From the NCBI GenBank assembly GCA_032718475.1, contig JAUCBJ010007017.1, forward strand, positions 1-39,853: a stretch of 39,853 nucleotides of DNA, given 5' to 3'. Every line of letters begins with the position of its first letter. Position 1 is the first letter of the stretch. Of the stretch, positions 34,612-39,853 are shown one piece after another. A program made the position numbers and the translations under genes. The notes below the pieces were generated by a model. That model had not been told where the DNA came from. It made no database searches and saw only the letters and a program-made list of their open reading frames with translations. This DNA is from Nemertoderma westbladi (lineage: Eukaryota; Animalia; Xenacoelomorpha).

Positions 34612-37600
34612 CAACTTACCTCCTCTAACATTGTTCGCATACTCTTTCCAACTTACCTCCTCTAACATTGTTCGCATACTCTTTCCAACTTACCTCCTCT
34701 AACATTGTTCGCATACTCTTTCCAACTTACCTCCTCTAACATTGTTCGCATACTCTTTCCAACTTACCTCCTCTAACATTGTTCGCATACTCTTTCCAAC
34801 TTACCTCCTCTAACATTGTTCGTTTCTTTCCAACTTACCTCCTCTAACATTGTTCGCATACTCTTTCCAACTTACCTCCTCTAACATTGTTCGCATACTC
34901 TTTCCAACTTACCTCCTCTAACATTGTTCGCATACTCTTTCCAACTTACCTCCTCTAACATTGTTCGCATACTCTTTCCAACTCACCTCCTCTAACATTG
35001 TTCCCATACTCTTTCCAACTTACCTCCTCTAAGATTGTTCGCATACTCTTTCCAACTTACCTCCTCTAACATTGTTCGCATACTCTTTCCAACTTACCTC
35101 CTCTAACATTGTTCGCATACTCTTTCCAACTTACCTCCTCTAACATTGTTCGCATACTCTTTCCAACTCACCTCCTCTAACATTGCTCGTTTCTTTCCAA
35201 CTTACCTTCTCTAACATTGTTCGCATACTCTTTCCAACTTACCTCCTCTAACATTGTTCGCATACTCTTTCCAACTCACCTCCTCTAACATTGCTCGTTT
35301 CTTTCCAACTTACCTTCTCTAACATTGTTCGCATACTCTTTCCAACTTACCTCCTCTAACATTGTTCGCATACTCTTTCCAACTTACCTCCTCTAACATT
35401 GTTCGCATACTCTTTCCAACTTACCTCCTCTAACATTGTTCGCATACTCTTTCCAACTTACCTCCTCTAACATTGTTCGCATACTCTTTCCAACTTACCT
35501 CCTCTAACATTGTTCGCATACTCTTTCCAACTCACCTCCTCTAACATTGCTCGTTTCTTTCCAACTTACCTTCTCTAACATTGTTCGCATACTCTTTCCA
35601 ACTTACCTCCTCTAACATTGTTCGTTTCTTTCCAACTCACCTCCTCTAACATTGTTCGCATACTCTTTCCAACTTACCTTCTCTAACATTGTTCGCATAC
35701 TCTTTCCAACTTACCTTCTCTAACATTGTTCGCATACTCTTTCCAACTTACCTCCTTTAACATTGTTCGTTTCTTTCCAACTTACCTTCACTAACATTGT
35801 TCGCATACTCTTTCCAACTTACCTCCTTTAACATTGCTCGTTTCTTTCCAACTTACCTCCTCTAACATTGTTCGCATACTCTTTCCAACTTACCTCCTCT
35901 AACATTGTTCGCATACTCTTTCCAACTCACCTCCTCTAACATTGTTCGCATACTCTTTCCAACTCACCTCCTCTAACATTGTTCGTTTCTTTCGAACTTA
36001 CCTCCTCTAACATTGTTCGCATACTCTTTCCAACTTACCTCCTCTAACACTGTTCGCATACTCTTTCCAACTTACCTCCTCTAACATTATTCGCATACTC
36101 TTTCCAACTTACCTCCTCTAACATTGTTCGTTTCTTTCCAACTTACCTTCTCTAACATTGTTCGCATACTCTTTCCAACTTACCTCCTTTAACATTGTTC
36201 GTTTCTTTCCAACTTACCTTCACTAACATTGTTCGCATACTCTTTCCAACTTACCTCCTTTAACATTGCTCGTTTCTTTCCAACTTACCTCCTCTAACAT
36301 TGTTCGCATACTCTTTCCAACTTACCTCCTCTAACATTGTTCGCATACTCTTTCCAACTTACCTCCTCTAACATTGTTCGCATACTCTTTCCAACTCACC
36401 TCCTCTAACATTGTTCGTTTCTTTCCAACTTACCTTCTCTAACATTGTTCGCATACTCTTTCCAACTTACCTCCTTTAACATTGTTCGTTTCTTTCCAAC
36501 TTACCTTCACTAACATTGTTCGCATACTCTTTCCAACTTACCTCCTTTAACATTGCTCGTTTCTTTCCAACTTACCTCCTCTAACATTGTTCGCATACTC
36601 TTTCCAACTTACCTCCTCTAACATTGTTCGCATACTCTTTCCAACTTACCTCCTCTAACATTGTTCGCATACTCTTTCCAACTCACCTCCTCTAACATTG
36701 TTCGCATACTCTTTCCAACTTACCTCCTCTAACATTGTTCGCATACTCTTTCCAACTCACCTCCTCTAACATTGTTCGCATACTCTTTCCAACTCACCTC
36801 CTCTAACATTGTTCGTTTCTTTCGAACTTACCTCCTCTAACATTGTTCGCATACTCTTTCCAACTTACCTCCTCTAACATTTTTCGCATACTCTTTCCAA
36901 CTTACCTTCTCTAACATTGTTCGCATACTCTTTCCAACTTACCTCCTCTAACATTGTTCGTTTCTTTCCAACTTACCTTCTCTAACATTGTTCGCATACT
37001 CTTTCCAACTTACCTTCTCTAACATTGTTCGCATACTCTTTCCAACTTACCTCCTTTAACATTGCTCGTTTCTTTCCAACTTACCTCCTCTAACATTGTT
37101 CGCATACTCTTTCCAACTTACCTCCTCTAACATTGTTCGCATACTCTTTCCAACTTACCTCCTCTAACATTGTTCGCATACTCTTTCCAACTCACCTCCT
37201 CTAACATTGTTCGCATACTCTTTCCAACTTACCTCCTCTAACATTGTTCGCATACTCTTTCCAACTCACCTCCTCTAACATTGTTCGCATACTCTTTCCA
37301 ACTCACCTCCTCTAACATTGTTCGTTTCTTTCGAACTTACCTCCTCTAACATTGTTCGCATACTCTTTCCAACTTACCTCCTCTAACATTGTTCGCATAC
37401 TCTTTCCAACTCACCTCCTCTAACATTGTTCGCATACTCTTTCCAACTTACCTCCTCTAACATTGTTCGCATACTCTTTCCAACTCACCTCCTCTAACAT
37501 TGTTCGCATACTCTTTCCAACTCACCTCCTCTAACATTGTTCGTTTCTTTCGAACTTACCTCCTCTAACATTGTTCGCATACTCTTTCCAACTTACCTCC

Positions 37601-39853
37601 TCTAACATTTTTCGCATACTCATTCCAACTTACCTTCTCTAACATTGTTCGCATACTCTTTCCAACTTACCTCCTCTAACATTGTTCGTTTCTTTCCAAC
37701 TTACCTCCTCTAACATTTTTCGCATACTCTTTCCAACTTACCTTCTCTAACATTGTTCGCATACTCTTTCCAACTTACCTCCTCTAACATTGTTCGTTTC
37801 TTTCCAACTTACCTTCTCTAACATTGTTCGCATACTCTTTCCAACTTACCTCCTCTAACATTGTTCGCATACTCTTTCCAACTCACCTCCTCTAACATTG
37901 TTCGTTTCTTTCGAACTTACCTCCTCTAACATTGTTCGCATACTCTTTCCAACTTACCTCCTCTAACATTGTTCGCATACTCTTTCCAACTTACCTCCTC
38001 TAACATTGCTCATTTCTTTCCAACTTACCTTCTCTAACATTGTTCGCATACTCTTTCCAACTTACCTCCTCTAACATTGTTCGCATACTCTTTCCAACTT
38101 ACCTTCTCTAACATTGTTCGCATACTCTTTCCAACTTACCTCCTCTAACATTGTTCGCATACTCTTTCCAACTTACCTCCTCTAACATTGTTCGCATACT
38201 CTTTCCAACTTACCTCCTCTAACATTGTTCGCATACTCTTTCCAACTTACCTCCTCTAACATTGTTCGTTTCTTTCCAACTTACCTCCTCTAACATTGTT
38301 CCCATACTCTTTCCAACTTACCTCCTCTAACATTGTTCGCATACTCTTTCCAACTTACCTCCTCTAACATTGTTCCCATACTCTTTCCAACTTACCTCCT
38401 CTAACATTGTTCGCATACTCTTTCCAACTTACCTCCTCTAACATTGTTCGCATACTCTTTCCAACTTACCTCCTCTAACATTGTTCGCATACTCTTTCCA
38501 ACTTACCTCCTCTAACATTGTTCGCATACTCTTTTCAACTTACCTCCTCTAACATTGTTCGCATACTCTTTCCAACTTACCTCCTCTAACATTGTTCGTT
38601 TCTTTCCAACTTACCTTCTCTAACATTGTTCGCATACTCTTTCCAACTTACCTTCTCTAACATTGTTCGCATACTCTTTCCAACTTACCTCCTCTAACAT
38701 TGTTCGCATACTCTTTCCAACTTACCTCCTCTAACATTGTTCGCATACTCTTTCCAACTTACCTCCTCTAACATTGTTCGTTTCTTTCCAACTTACCTTC
38801 TCTAACATTGTTCGCATACTCTTTCCAACTTACCTTCTCTAACATTGTTCGCATACTCTTTCCAACTTACCTCCTCTAACATTGTTCGCATACTCTTTCC
38901 AACTTACCTCCTCTAACATTGTTCGCATACTCTTTCCAACTTACCTCCTCTAATATTGTTCGCATACTCTTTCCAACTTACCTTCTCTAATATTGTTCGC
39001 ATACTCTTTCCAACTTACCTTCTCTAACATTGTTTGCATACTCTTTCCAACTTACCTTCTCTAACATTGTTCGCATACTCTTTCAAACTTACCTTCTCTA
39101 ACATTGTTCGGATACTCTTTCCAACTTACCTTCTCTAACATTGTTCGCATACTCTTTCCAACTCACCTCCTCTAACATTGCTCGTTTCTTTCCAACTTAC
39201 CTCCTCTAACATTGTTCGCATACTCTTTCCAACTTACCTCCTCTAACATTGTTCGTTTCTTTCCAACTTACCTCCTCTAACATTGTTCGCATACTCTTTC
39301 CAACTTACCTCCTCTAACATTGTTCGCATACTCTTTCCAACTTACCTCCTCTAACATTGTTCCCATACTCTTTCCAACTTACCTCCTCTAACATTGTTCG
39401 CATACTCTTTCCAACTTACCTCCTCTAACATTGTTCGCATACTCTTTCCAACTTACCTCCTCTAACATTGTTCCCATACTCTTTCCAACTTACCTCCTCT
39501 AACATTGTTCGCATACTCTTTCCAACTTACCTCCTCTAATATTGTTCGCATACTCTTTCCAACTTACCTTCTCTAACATTGTTCGCATACTCTTTCCAAC
39601 TTACCTTCTCTAACATTGTTCGCATACTCTTTCCAACTTACCTTCTCTAACATTGTTCGCATACTCTTTCCAACTTACCTTCTCTAACATTGTTTGCATA
39701 CTCTTTCCAACTCACCTCCTCTAACATTGCTCGTTTCTTTCCAACTTACCTCCTCTAACATTGTTCGCATACTCTTTCCAACTTACCTCCTCTAACATTG
39801 TTCGTTTCTTTCCAACTTACCTCCTCTAACATTGTTCGCATACTCTTTCCAAC
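34612..39853 (-). repeat. 37/34-bp minisatellite, ~140 copies, running off the window; unit = exon 3' end plus 5' splice site
   Basis: The minus-strand unit GGAAAGAGTATGCGAACAATGTTAGAGGAG|GTAAGTT translates as GKSMRTMLEE|donor. Confidence 0.96.

Noticed and set aside
22897-39853. CRISPR interpretation of the 37-38-bp repeats
   Set aside because: Units are head-to-tail with no unique spacers, there are no cas genes, and the context is a spliceosomal eukaryotic gene.
34612-39853. Recursive splice sites (AG|GTAAGT) in the donor array
   Set aside because: The sequence upstream of each AG is purine-rich with no polypyrimidine tract, so acceptor function is unlikely.

Overview
This is AT-rich animal (probably invertebrate) nuclear DNA, not prokaryotic. 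The backbone is the internal part of a large minus-strand spectrin-repeat gene resembling nesprin-1/SYNE1. I traced 16 GT-AG exons (34042 down to 1861) that splice with consistent phase into 4980 nt / 1660 aa; the gene continues past both window ends. Its introns hold: (i) a near full-length CR1/L2-group LINE, whose ORF1 has SAP plus SGNH-esterase domains and whose ORF2 has a ~340-aa hydrophobic leader, a 2A-like DIHLNPGP motif, an APE endonuclease and RT; (ii) a 5'-truncated LINE; (iii) a solo LTR with a nested tRNA-derived SINE; (iv) MITE/Helitron-like debris and a double hairpin; (v) a nested opposite-strand two-exon gene for a secreted 12-Cys Ly6/three-finger-like protein; and (vi) four long minisatellites. 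The most striking observation is where the minisatellites come from. The >5.2-kb array at the right end is ~140 tandem copies of the host gene's own exon end plus a consensus 5' splice site (KSMRTMLEE|GTAAGT). A 38-bp array is ~68 copies of a 3' splice-site-like sequence. A 37-bp array amplifies the HSHNTR motif of a LINE ORF2. A 17-bp quasi-palindromic array starts a few bases after a donor site. Family assignments rest on motif recognition and recalled sequence, not on database searches.
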